From: Burkholderiales bacterium
GTDB lineage: Bacteria; Pseudomonadota; Gammaproteobacteria; Burkholderiales; SHXO01
Reading direction: 5' to 3'
Assembly: GCA_036787045.1 (NCBI GenBank)
Contig: DAIQQA010000003.1
Location: 13,797-77,796 of the forward strand
Length of the DNA: 64,000 nt
The position numbers were made by a program, and so were the translations under genes. How positions within the stretch are numbered: position 1 is the first letter of the stretch; each line of letters begins with the position of its first letter. The notes beneath the pieces are model-generated. The model was not told the origin of the DNA. It searched no databases and saw only the letters and a list, made by a program, of their open reading frames with translations. Positions 18,715 to 27,754 of this stretch are shown here, piece by piece.

Positions 18715-21471
18715 GTGCGCGCCGAGATGGAGCTCGCTTTCGAACTGAACGGGCGGTCCTGCCGCATCGCGGCCCCTCCCGGCGAGCGGTTGTCGGACGT
18801 TCTGCGCGACCGCCTGGGGCTCACCGGCACCAAGGTCGGCTGCAGCGCCGGGGATTGCGGCGCCTGTACCGTGCTCCTCGACGGGCAGCAGGTGTGCGCC
18901 TGTCTGGTGGCTGCCGGTCAGGTCCAGGGGCGGCGCGTGACCACCGTGGAGGGGCTGGCCAACGGCGCCGAGCTGTCGCGCCTGCAGCAGACCTTCCTTG
19001 CCCACGGCGCGGCGCAGTGCGGCATCTGCACGCCGGGCATGCTCATGGCCGCGGCGGACGTCTTGGCCCGCCATCCCGCACCGACCGAAGCGCAGGTGCG
19101 CGATGGCCTGGGCGGTGTGCTATGCCGCTGTACCGGTTACCGCAAGATCGTCGAGGCCGTGCTCGCCGCGCCGCACGGCGCCGTCGAGGCCCCGCGGCCG
19201 GAGGCGGGGCGGGCCGTGGGGGCACGTATCTCGAAGCTGGACGGCGTGCCGAAGGTGACCGGGCGCGAGCGCTTCGGCGCGGACGCTGCCCCGCCCGACG
19301 CCGCTTGGCTGCGGGTGATCCGCTCGCCTCATGCGCGAGCGCGGTTCAGCCTCGGGAGCTTCGCGCCGCTCAAGCGGCGGCACCCCGGGTTGCTCGACGT
19401 GCTGACCGCCAGTGACGTGCCAGAGAACAGCTTCGGCATCTTTCCCCAGGTGAAGGACCAGCCCGTGCTCGCGGCCGGCCGGGTGCGCTTCATGGGCGAA
19501 GCGGTTCTGGCCTTGGTCGGTGACTACGAGTCTGTGATGGCGATCGCTGAGGCGGAGCTGCCGATCGAGTGGCAGCCGGAGCAGCCGGTGCTCGAGATGG
19601 ACCGCGCGCTCAGCTCGGGGACGCCGCTGCACGAGTTTGCGCCGGACAACGTGCTGATCCGGGGCCGCGTGGTGAAGGGCGACGTAGACGCAGCGCTGGC
19701 GGCAGCCCCGCACATGGCGGAGGGCACCTTCACCACCAGCTTCGTCGAGCATGCCTACATCGAGCCGGAAGCGGGCTATGCCGAGCGCATCGGCGAGCGC
19801 ATCCGCATATTCGCCTGCACACAGACGCCGTACATGGACCGCGAGGAGATCGCACGGGTACTGAAGCTGCGCGAGGACCAGGTGCACATCGTCCCCTCGG
19901 CCATCGGCGGCGGCTTCGGCGGAAAGCTGGACATCTCCATCCAGCCGTTGCTGGCGGTCGCGGCCTGGAAGCTCCAGCGCCCGGTGCGCTGTATCTACAC
20001 CCGGCCCGAATCGATGCTGTCCACGCCCAAGCGCCATCCGGCTCGCATGCATGCGCGCCTCGCCTGCGACGGGGAAGGCCGGCTGCTGGCGGCAGACTTC
20101 TTCGGCGACTTCAATACCGGCGCTTATGCCTCGTGGGGCAACACGGTGGCCAACCGCGTGCCGATCCACGCCAGCGGCCCGTACTTCGTGCCCAATGTGC
20201 GCGCGCTGACCCGTGCCATCTATACCAATGGGCCAATCGCCGGCGCCTTCCGCGGGTTCGGTGTCCCGCAGTCCACTATCGTGCACGAGGCGTTGCTCGA
20301 CGACCTCGCCGAGCAGACCGGCATCGACCGTCTGGAGCTGCGCCTGCGCAATGCCATCCGCGCGGGCCAGGCCACCGCCACCGGCCAGGTGCTCCAGGCA
20401 AGCGCGGGGCTCGCCCTGTGTCTGACCGCAGTCAAGCCGGCCTGGGAGCAGGCGCTGTCCGCGGTTGCCGGGTTCAACGCCTGTCAGCATGCGCTTACCG
20501 GGTCGCGGCGCGGCAAACGGCGAGGGGTGGGCATCGCCTGCATGTGGTACGGCATCGGCAACACCGTGATCGCCAACCCCTCCACGATCCGCGTGGGTTT
20601 GCGCCGCGATGGGCGGGTGTTTCTCTACAATGGCGCGGTCGACATCGGGCAGGGTTCCAACACCATCCTGCCGCAGATTTGCGCGGACGCGCTCGGTTTG
20701 CCGGTGGCGCTGTTCGACCAGGTGATGGGCGACACCGATCTGACTGCCGACGCGGGCAAGTCCTCGGCGTCGCGCCAGACCTTCGTGTCCGGCAACGCCG
20801 CGCGCTTTGCGGGCGAGGCACTGCGCCGCCGGCTGGTCGAGCTGCTGCGCGCGCCGGGCGATGCCAGGCTCGCCGTGGAGGATGGACAACTGGTGGCCCG
20901 CACCGGCGCACGGGAGTGGCGTACAGAGCTGAGCGCGCTCGCGGTGGATCCCAATGGGGATGTCGCCGTGGGCGAAGGCTATTTCGATCCGCCCACCACC
21001 CCACTCGACGAAAACGGTCAGGGCGTCCCTTATGCCACCTATGGGTTTGCGGCGCAGACCGCTGAGGTCGAAGTGGACCTCGATCTTGGCACGGTCAAGG
21101 TGCTGAAGATCCACGCCGCGCACGACGTCGGACGCGCGGTCAATCCGACCCAGGTTGAAGGGCAGATCCACGGTGGCATCGCCCAGGGCCTGGGCATGGC
21201 GCTGATGGAGGAGTATCACGCCGGCAGGACCGACAACTTGCACGACTACCTCATTCCGACCGTGGGCGATATCCCGCCGATCGTGGTGCACATCATCGAG
21301 GACCCGGAGCCCATCGGGCCCTACGGTGCGAAGGGCGTGGGCGAGCCTGCGCTCATCCCGACTGCGCCGGCCATCCTCAACGCCATCCGCCACGCGACGG
21401 GCGTGCGCATCACGCATGTCCCCGCCACGCCGGATCGCGTGCGCAAGGCGATTCTCGACCAGTCGCGGTGA
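18715..21471 (+). CDS. Molybdenum hydroxylase, fused 2Fe-2S and molybdopterin subunits (probable nicotinate dehydrogenase by context)
   Basis: GTKVGCSAGDCGACTV, QCGICTPG, LCRCTGY; GGGFGGK, AFRGFGVPQ, GQIHGGIAQGLG, GAKGVGEP. Confidence 0.9.
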   Translation: MRAEMELAFELNGRSCRIAAPPGERLSDVLRDRLGLTGTKVGCSAGDCGACTVLLDGQQVCACLVAAGQVQGRRVTTVEGLANGAELSRLQQTFLAHGAAQCGICTPGMLMAAADVLARHPAPTEAQVRDGLGGVLCRCTGYRKIVEAVLAAPHGAVEAPRPEAGRAVGARISKLDGVPKVTGRERFGADAAPPDAAWLRVIRSPHARARFSLGSFAPLKRRHPGLLDVLTASDVPENSFGIFPQVKDQPVLAAGRVRFMGEAVLALVGDYESVMAIAEAELPIEWQPEQPVLEMDRALSSGTPLHEFAPDNVLIRGRVVKGDVDAALAAAPHMAEGTFTTSFVEHAYIEPEAGYAERIGERIRIFACTQTPYMDREEIARVLKLREDQVHIVPSAIGGGFGGKLDISIQPLLAVAAWKLQRPVRCIYTRPESMLSTPKRHPARMHARLACDGEGRLLAADFFGDFNTGAYASWGNTVANRVPIHASGPYFVPNVRALTRAIYTNGPIAGAFRGFGVPQSTIVHEALLDDLAEQTGIDRLELRLRNAIRAGQATATGQVLQASAGLALCLTAVKPAWEQALSAVAGFNACQHALTGSRRGKRRGVGIACMWYGIGNTVIANPSTIRVGLRRDGRVFLYNGAVDIGQGSNTILPQICADALGLPVALFDQVMGDTDLTADAGKSSASRQTFVSGNAARFAGEALRRRLVELLRAPGDARLAVEDGQLVARTGAREWRTELSALAVDPNGDVAVGEGYFDPPTTPLDENGQGVPYATYGFAAQTAEVEVDLDLGTVKVLKIHAAHDVGRAVNPTQVEGQIHGGIAQGLGMALMEEYHAGRTDNLHDYLIPTVGDIPPIVVHIIEDPEPIGPYGAKGVGEPALIPTAPAILNAIRHATGVRITHVPATPDRVRKAILDQSR

Positions 21472-21483
21472 CTGCAACCGGAT

Positions 21484-21516
21484 TGAACCGCAGAGACGCA
21501 GAGAGCGCGGAGGAAA
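21484..21516. repeat. Family-A arm (CGCAGAG type), solo
   Basis: tgaaccgcagagacgcagagagcgcggaggaaa. Confidence 0.75.
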
Positions 21517-21531
21517 TGCGAAACGCAGGCT

Positions 21532-21711
21532 CTAGCAGGCTGTTGAAAAATGCCGCCAACCAGTCCCCTCTCCCCTTGCGGGAGAGGGGTAGGGTGACGG
21601 GTCAGAACCGGATGCCGTGGAGACATGCCGTTGGAATGAGACGCCTGAGCGTTCACCCTCCCTCCGACCCTCTCCCGTCGGGAGAGAGGGCGCTTTTCAA
21701 CACCCCGCCAG
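21532..21711. mobile_element. MITE-like element, family D (CTAGCAGGCTGTTGAAAA termini), containing a family-B palindrome pair
   Basis: Left end ctagcaggctgttgaaaa; right end ttttcaacaccccgccag (15/18 inverted match). Inside: cccctctccccttgcgggagaggggtagggtgacggg (21565-21601) and ccctccctccgaccctctcccgtcgggagagaggg (21656-21690). Confidence 0.75.
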
Positions 21712-21752
21712 CCGGCAAGGCTCCTAGGATGGCGGGGAAACGCCAATTGGGC

Positions 21753-21802
21753 CGCCAAGACACCAAGGGGCCAACGGGTTTCCTTCGTGTCCTTCGTGGT
21801 AA
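21753..21802. repeat. Short family-A-like element
   Basis: cgccaagacaccaagggg ... tccttcgtgtccttcgtggtaa. Confidence 0.55.
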
Positions 21803-21835
21803 CCGAGGTTTGATTGCGTCTTGAGTAGCGATGCG

Positions 21836-23293
21836 ATGAGCGAAACCCCTGCGCCGGGCAAAGTGATCTGCGATGCGTGCCCGGTGCTGTGCCAGATCAG
21901 CGAGGGGCGTACCGGGGCGTGCGACCGCTGGGGGAACTTCGGCGGCAAGCTGACGCGGGTGGACCCGGTCGTGCTGTTCAGGAAGGTCGTGGGCGAGTCG
22001 GGGCAGGTTACCGAGTTCCTCGAGCAGAAGGACTGGGACGGGACCCCGATCTCGGACGCGCCGGTATTCGTGTCCGGCGTGGGCTCCGGCACCACTTACC
22101 CGGACTACAAGCCGGCACCCTTCATCGTCGGATCCCGCCACGAGGGCGTGGACATGGTCACGGTCGTGACCGAGGGCATCTTCAGCTACTGCAGCTTCAA
22201 GATCAAGATCGACACCGACCGCTGGCTCGGCCCGGAGCAAGCCACGGTGCGCTGCAAGGGCGAGGCGGCGGGTCACGTCACCACGATCGAGTACGGATCG
22301 CAGATGCTGTCGCTGGGCGGGGTGCACCACCTCACCGGCGGCAGCAAGAGGGAAGGTCGCGTCACCTGCGACATGATGATGGACCTCGGCAACAAGAAGC
22401 CGGTCGAGGTCGAAGTCGAGGGCGGCGCGCATGTGGTGATTCAGGCCGGCAAGGCGCCCATCGTCAACGGTGTGGAAGAGCAGCGCATGCGCGTGGGCTG
22501 CGGCTCGGCCACCATCGGGATCTTCGCCAAGCAGTGGCACGGCCACGTCGACGAGGTAGTCGTGGTGGACGATCACATCACCGGCATCCTCACCGAGCAC
22601 CAGGCAGGAAGGTTCCTCGCCATGCCGCCTTCCGGGATCAGGATCAAAGGCCGCAAGTCCACTCCGGGCCGCTACTTCCAGGTGGCCAACCCGGGCACCG
22701 GCTGGGGCGGTACCGACATCACCGACCCGCTGACCATCGTCACCGGCTTCGAGCCCAAGCTGGCGCGGCCCGGCAGCCGCATTCTGATGGTGTCCACCAC
22801 GGGGGAGGACTCTGCCTACTTCATCCTCGACGACAAACTGCGCATGACGCCCGCCGAGATGCCGGACGCGGTACGGAAGGTGGTCGAGCGCATCGGGGAG
22901 AACTGCGAGCCAGCGCTGTGCACGGTGCTGTTTCTCGCCGGCGCAGGCGGGAGCCTGCGCGCAGGTGTCACGGAGAACCCCGTGCGCCTCACGCGCTCGA
23001 TCAAGGATCTGCTGACCAAGGTGACCTGTGGCGGCGCGCCGGTGTACGTATGGCCGGGCGGCGGCATCACGGTGATGGTGGATGTCACGCGCATGCCCGA
23101 CAACTCCTTCGGCTGGGTGCCAACGCCTGCGATCGTCGCGCCCATCGAGTTCACCATGCGCCTGTCCGACTACGCTACATTGGGCGGGCATATGGACCGC
23201 GTGCGCACCGTCGAAGACGTGCTCAAGAGCGAGCGCGTGCGCGTGGTCGGCTGGGACGGGCTGAATCCGTGGCCGGTTGGGCGTGAGGCGTGA
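21836..23293 (+). CDS. hnr: 6-hydroxynicotinate reductase (Fe-S flavoprotein)
   Basis: N-terminal CDACPVLC..GACDRW cluster, PDYKPAPFIV, VTEGIFSYC, RMRVGCGSATIG, ENCEP; next to Mo-hydroxylase and in the same cluster as enamidase. Confidence 0.85.
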   Translation: MSETPAPGKVICDACPVLCQISEGRTGACDRWGNFGGKLTRVDPVVLFRKVVGESGQVTEFLEQKDWDGTPISDAPVFVSGVGSGTTYPDYKPAPFIVGSRHEGVDMVTVVTEGIFSYCSFKIKIDTDRWLGPEQATVRCKGEAAGHVTTIEYGSQMLSLGGVHHLTGGSKREGRVTCDMMMDLGNKKPVEVEVEGGAHVVIQAGKAPIVNGVEEQRMRVGCGSATIGIFAKQWHGHVDEVVVVDDHITGILTEHQAGRFLAMPPSGIRIKGRKSTPGRYFQVANPGTGWGGTDITDPLTIVTGFEPKLARPGSRILMVSTTGEDSAYFILDDKLRMTPAEMPDAVRKVVERIGENCEPALCTVLFLAGAGGSLRAGVTENPVRLTRSIKDLLTKVTCGGAPVYVWPGGGITVMVDVTRMPDNSFGWVPTPAIVAPIEFTMRLSDYATLGGHMDRVRTVEDVLKSERVRVVGWDGLNPWPVGREA

Positions 23294-23475
23294 GGCGTGA
23301 GGCGTGAGGCGTGAGGCGTGAGGCGTTCGATGATATGGCGAACCAAATAGCATACTCCCTCTCTCCCGCGAGCGGGGGAGAGGGCTGGGGTGAGAGGGAC
23401 CCCTCGCCCCTCACGCCTCATACCTCACCCACGGGATGCGGAGACGCTTACCGCCTCCCGCCTCCAGCCTCACCG
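23284..23475. repeat. Family-C heptamer element: (TGAGGCG)x6 left arm, inverted heptamer right arm, internal family-B palindrome
   Basis: Six perfect TGAGGCG copies (23284-23325); ctccctctctcccgcgagcgggggagagggctggggtgagaggg (23356-23398); inverted heptamers at 23405-23430 and 23452-23472. Confidence 0.9.
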
Positions 23476-24354
23476 AGCGGCGCCACGCGCGCGCGCTTCC
23501 CTGACGGCCGCCTACACTTCCACCACGGCCCGATCGATCTCGTCATCGGCGCAACCGGCGCGCCGGCGGCCATCGAAGCGGGGATGGAGCAGGCGTGGAC
23601 GCGATTCGAGTCGGTTCTGAGTGAACTGGTCGGCGAGTTGACGCTGCTGCGCACGCCGGTGCAGCACTCGCTTGGCGTCCGCGGGCCGATCGCACAGCGT
23701 ATGGTCGCAGCCTGCTTTCCTCATCGCGCGCAGTTCATCACCCCCATGGCGGCAGTGGCGGGCGCGGTCGCGGACGAGATCATCGAGTTCTTTCGCGCTC
23801 AGGCGGGTGTGCGCAGCGCGTACGTGAACAATGGCGGCGACATCGCCCTGCATCTGGCACACGATGACTGCTACCGGGTGGGCCTGCTTGCCGATCTGGG
23901 TCGGGTCAGGCCGCTCGAGCCCTGGCGGCTCGACGGCGATTTCGAGCTGCGGGCCGAGTCACCCGTGCGCGGTGTGGCTACCAGCGGCTGGCGCGGCCGC
24001 AGCTTCAGTCTGGGTATCGCAGACAGCGTCACCGTGCTGGCACGCAGCGCCGCCGAGGCGGATGCGGCCGCGACTATGATTGCCAACGCCGTAAACGTTG
24101 CAGACCCGGCGATCGTGCGCAAGCCTGCCTGTGACCTCAAAGACGACACTGATCTGGGAGACAGGCTGGTGACAGTCGAGGTCGGAGCGCTGTCGCATCG
24201 GCAGATCGACGCTGCGCTGACGGCCGGAGAGCAGCTCGCGCAACGTCTGCGAGAAGAAGGTACTATCGCGGCTGCCGTCTTGTGTCTGCAAGGTGCGGCG
24301 CAGGTGTGCGGGACCGGCGCAACACTGGGCGCGCGCAACGACTGCTGGGTTTGA
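23335..24354 (+). CDS. UPF0280 family / ApbE-like protein
   Basis: PDGRLHFHHGPIDL, FITPMAAVAGAVAD, YVNNGGDIA, GVATSGWRGRSFSLGIADSVTV, AATMIANAV. Start uncertain: the only in-frame starts lie inside the repeat element. Confidence 0.8.
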   Translation: MANQIAYSLSPASGGEGWGERDPSPLTPHTSPTGCGDAYRLPPPASPSGATRARFPDGRLHFHHGPIDLVIGATGAPAAIEAGMEQAWTRFESVLSELVGELTLLRTPVQHSLGVRGPIAQRMVAACFPHRAQFITPMAAVAGAVADEIIEFFRAQAGVRSAYVNNGGDIALHLAHDDCYRVGLLADLGRVRPLEPWRLDGDFELRAESPVRGVATSGWRGRSFSLGIADSVTVLARSAAEADAAATMIANAVNVADPAIVRKPACDLKDDTDLGDRLVTVEVGALSHRQIDAALTAGEQLAQRLREEGTIAAAVLCLQGAAQVCGTGATLGARNDCWV

Positions 24355-24433
24355 CTCGAGCGGTGCCGGCGCCGCCGTGCGGTTCCTCGCGGTCTGTGCG
24401 CCCCTGTGCCGAGGTGTGCTGAGTCAGCAGCGG

Positions 24434-25012
24434 ATGATCGAGATACGCGAAGTCTTCACCCAGGTGGAAGAGATCTTCCACGAGTTCGGCCCGCCCACGC
24501 AGCGGCCGCTCAAGCGTGGCGCCGTTGCAGCCGTGCTCACCAACCCCTTCGCGGGGCGCTACGAGCCGAACATCGTGCCGATGATGGAAGCACTTAGTCC
24601 ATTGGGTTTGGACATGTCGCGTCGGCTTCTCGCGGCCATGGCCGTGACGCCCGAGCAGATCGAGGGCTACGGCAAGGGCGCAATCGTGGGCGCCGCCGGC
24701 GAGCTCGAGCATGGTGCGCTCTGGCACGTCCCGGGCGGCTATGCGATGCGCGAGCTCCTGGGCGGCGCGAAAGCCATCGTGCCGTCCGCCAAGAAGGTGG
24801 GCGCCCCCGGAACCAAGCTCGACGTGCCGGTGACGCACATCAACGCGAGCTACGTCCGCAGCCACTTCGACGCGATGGAGGTGTACGTTCCCGGCGCACC
24901 GGCGGCCGACGAGTTGATCACCATCCTGGTGATGACCACCGGGCCGCGCGTGCACGAGCGGGTGGGCGGCTTGCGGGCGTCCGAGATCAAGGGCGCCGAC
25001 GGCCTGCGGTGA
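24434..25012 (+). CDS. AA_synth (DUF1185) family protein
   Basis: AAVLTNPFAGRY, EGYGKGAIVGAAGELEHGA, INASYVRSHFDAME, GPRVHERVGGL. Confidence 0.88.
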   Translation: MIEIREVFTQVEEIFHEFGPPTQRPLKRGAVAAVLTNPFAGRYEPNIVPMMEALSPLGLDMSRRLLAAMAVTPEQIEGYGKGAIVGAAGELEHGALWHVPGGYAMRELLGGAKAIVPSAKKVGAPGTKLDVPVTHINASYVRSHFDAMEVYVPGAPAADELITILVMTTGPRVHERVGGLRASEIKGADGLR

Positions 25013-25033
25013 GGTTCAGACAATGTAACACCC

Positions 25034-25234
25034 CAACGCAGGGGCGCAGAGAACGCGGAGGACGCAGAGGAAGAAGCCATGAAGAGGGACAGACGATAGG
25101 ACCAAGTCTGCGCGAAGACCAGCAACCGGGCGCCACGTAGGAGCATGGCTGACCGAAAGTGCAACCGAATAATATGCATGCGCAATAGAGTCATGCACGT
25201 GAATCGCTCTGCGTTCTCTGCGCCTCTGCGTTGA
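25034..25234. repeat. Family-A paired inverted element (CGCAGAG type)
   Basis: Left caacgcaggggcgcagagaacgcggaggacgcagag (from 25034); right ctctgcgttctctgcgcctctgcgttga (25207-25234). Confidence 0.85.
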
Positions 25235-25250
25235 GATTCTGGGGGGGAGA

Positions 25251-25835
25251 ATGAAAGCGAGCATCAGGAAAATCGTCGTCCAGGTGGACGAAATCCGTCA
25301 CGAGATGGGCCGCGATGTGAACCCGCCCACGCGGCGTGCTGTGGCGATGGCAGTCATTGCCAATCCCTTCGCTGCGCGCTACCAGGAGGACCTCACCGAG
25401 CTGATGGATATCGGCGAGGAGCTGGGCGGGCTGCTGGGAGAGCGCTGCGTGCAGGCGCTGGGGATCCAGCCGGCACAGGCGGAAAGCTACGGCAAAGCAG
25501 CCATTGTGGGCGAAGGCGGTGAGCTGGAGCACGCGGCCGCGATCCTGCACCCGAAGCTCGGTGCCCCGCTGCGCAAGGCCGTCGAGAGAGGTGCGGCGCT
25601 GGTACCCTCGGCCAAGAAGATGGGGACGTTGGGAACGGCCATCGACGTGCCCCTGGGGCACAAGGATGCGGCCTACGTCCGCAGCCACTTCGACGCGGTC
25701 GAGGCGCGAGTAAGCGACGCGCCGCGGCCGAACGAGATCGTGGTGGCGGTGGCCGTCACCGACAGCGGCCGGCCGCTGGCACGCGTGGGCGGGCTGTCCA
25801 AGCACGAGATTAAGGGCCAGGACGGGTTGCGCTGA
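25251..25835 (+). CDS. AA_synth (DUF1185) family protein, second paralogue
   Basis: AVIANPFAARY, ESYGKAAIVGEGGELEHAA, KDAAYVRSHFDAVE, GRPLARVGGL. Confidence 0.88.
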   Translation: MKASIRKIVVQVDEIRHEMGRDVNPPTRRAVAMAVIANPFAARYQEDLTELMDIGEELGGLLGERCVQALGIQPAQAESYGKAAIVGEGGELEHAAAILHPKLGAPLRKAVERGAALVPSAKKMGTLGTAIDVPLGHKDAAYVRSHFDAVEARVSDAPRPNEIVVAVAVTDSGRPLARVGGLSKHEIKGQDGLR

Positions 25836-25863
25836 CGTTCCCGACCGCAGAGGAATCCAGCCG

Positions 25864-27549
25864 ATGACCACCGGTATCGATGCCAAGCCGTGGCTGAAGA
25901 GCTACCCGCCCGGTGTGCCCGCCGAGCTGAAACCGTTGGAGTTCCAGTCGATTCCGCAGATGCTCGAGGCGAGCGTCAAGCGCTACCGCAACCAGCCCGC
26001 CTTCGAGAGCTTCGGCGTTCAGATCACGTTCGGCGAGCTCGACCGCCTCTCGCGGGACTTCGCCGCCTACCTGCAGAGCAAGCTGGGGCTGAAGAAAGGC
26101 GACCGCATCGCTGTCATGATGCCCAACATCCTCCAGTACCCGGTCGCGGTCTACGGGATCCTGCGCGCCGGGCTGGTGGTGGTCAGCGTGAACCCGCTGT
26201 ACACCGCGCGCGAGCTGGAGCATCAGCTCAAAGACTCCGGCGCCGTCGCGATCGTGATCTTCGAGAGCGCGGCGCACACTCTTCAGGAGGTCATCGCGCG
26301 CACCCCGGTCAGGCACGTCATCGTGGCTTCTGTCGGCGACATGCTGGGTTTTATCAAAGGCGGCCTGATCAACCTGGTGTTCCGCCAGGTCAAGAAGATG
26401 GTCAAGCCCTGGAGCATTCCCGGCGCAGTACGCTTTCCGCAAGCGCTCGCCGACGGCGCCGGAGCGCCCATGAATGCTTCGGCCCTGGCGGCGGACGACC
26501 TGGCCTTCCTGCAGTACACCGGGGGCACCACCGGGGTGTCGAAGGGGGCGATGCTGCAGCACCGCCACGTCCTGTCCAACGTCGAGCAGGTTCTTGCCTA
26601 CACCGGAAACACCGTGCGCCCGGGGCAGGAGGTCGCGATCGCACCCCTGCCTTTCTATCACATCCTGGCGCTGGTGCTGAACTGCATGATGTTCGTGCGC
26701 GGGGGCGGGTTGCAGATCCTGATTGCCAACCCGCGGGATATCCCGAATCTGGTCAAGACCCTGGGCAGCAGCCGCTTCACGTTCTTCGTCGGCGTCAACA
26801 CGCTGTTCAACGCGCTGATCCACAACGAGGCGTTCGCGAAAGTGGACTTCACCCACCTGCGCATGGCCGGGGGTGGCGGCGCGCCAGTTCAGTTGGCTGT
26901 GGCCAAGCGCTGGAAGGAGATTACCGGGCGGGTGCTCTCGGAAGGCTACGGCCTCACCGAAACGTCGGGCGCCGTGTCCATCAACCGGCAGGACATCGAG
27001 GAGCACACCGGCACGACCGGTCTGCCGCTGCCGGGCACGGAGGTCGAGATCCGCGATGAGGTCGAGCGCGCGCTGCCGCACGGCGCGGTCGGACAGGTGT
27101 TCGTGCGCGGACCGCAGGTCATGGCCGGCTACTGGCAGCGGCCGGACGAGACCGCGAAGGTGCTGCGCTCCGACGGCTGGCTCGCCACCGGCGACATGGG
27201 CCTGATCACACCGGAGGGCTATCTCAAGATCGTGGACCGCGTGAAGGACATGATCCTGGTGTCCGGCTTCAACGTCTACCCGAACGAGATCGAGGATGTG
27301 GTTGCGATGCACCCGGGCGTGCTGGAGGCCTGTGCCATCGGCGTGCCGGACGAGAACACCGGCGAGGGGGTCAAGCTGTTCGTGGTGCGCAAGGATCCCG
27401 CGCTCACTGCGCAGTCCTTGATCCAGCACTGTCGCGAGAATCTCACCGGCTACAAGGTCCCGCGGCATGTCGAGTTCCGCGACGCGCTGCCCAAGAGCCC
27501 GGTGGGGAAGATCCTGCGGCGCGAGCTGCGCGACGCACCTAAGGCGTGA
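25864..27549 (+). CDS. Acyl-CoA synthetase (FadD-like AMP-binding enzyme)
   Basis: YTGGTTGVSKG, EGYGLTET, TGDMG, DRVKDMILVSGFNVYPNEIE, PKSPVGKILRR. Confidence 0.92.
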   Translation: MTTGIDAKPWLKSYPPGVPAELKPLEFQSIPQMLEASVKRYRNQPAFESFGVQITFGELDRLSRDFAAYLQSKLGLKKGDRIAVMMPNILQYPVAVYGILRAGLVVVSVNPLYTARELEHQLKDSGAVAIVIFESAAHTLQEVIARTPVRHVIVASVGDMLGFIKGGLINLVFRQVKKMVKPWSIPGAVRFPQALADGAGAPMNASALAADDLAFLQYTGGTTGVSKGAMLQHRHVLSNVEQVLAYTGNTVRPGQEVAIAPLPFYHILALVLNCMMFVRGGGLQILIANPRDIPNLVKTLGSSRFTFFVGVNTLFNALIHNEAFAKVDFTHLRMAGGGGAPVQLAVAKRWKEITGRVLSEGYGLTETSGAVSINRQDIEEHTGTTGLPLPGTEVEIRDEVERALPHGAVGQVFVRGPQVMAGYWQRPDETAKVLRSDGWLATGDMGLITPEGYLKIVDRVKDMILVSGFNVYPNEIEDVVAMHPGVLEACAIGVPDENTGEGVKLFVVRKDPALTAQSLIQHCRENLTGYKVPRHVEFRDALPKSPVGKILRRELRDAPKA

Positions 27550-27555
27550 AAATCT

Positions 27556-27754
27556 TGAACCACGGAGGACACGGTGGACACGGAGGAAAGCTCGTGTTTG
27601 CGTTTTTTGCTGCACGCTGGCGACCCAGGGTCGAGCCTCGATTGATCCCGAGCGGAGCGTCGCCATCGTAGCCATAGCTAAGCTGCGCCCTCCAACTCCC
27701 GTCCTTCTCACGAATCAGGGTTTCCTCCGTGCCCACCGTGTCCTACGTGGTTCA
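27556..27754. repeat. Family-A paired inverted element (CACGGAG type)
   Basis: Left tgaaccacggaggacacggtggacacggaggaaa (27556-27589) and right arm 27721-27754 are reverse complements at 32/34 positions. Confidence 0.9.
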
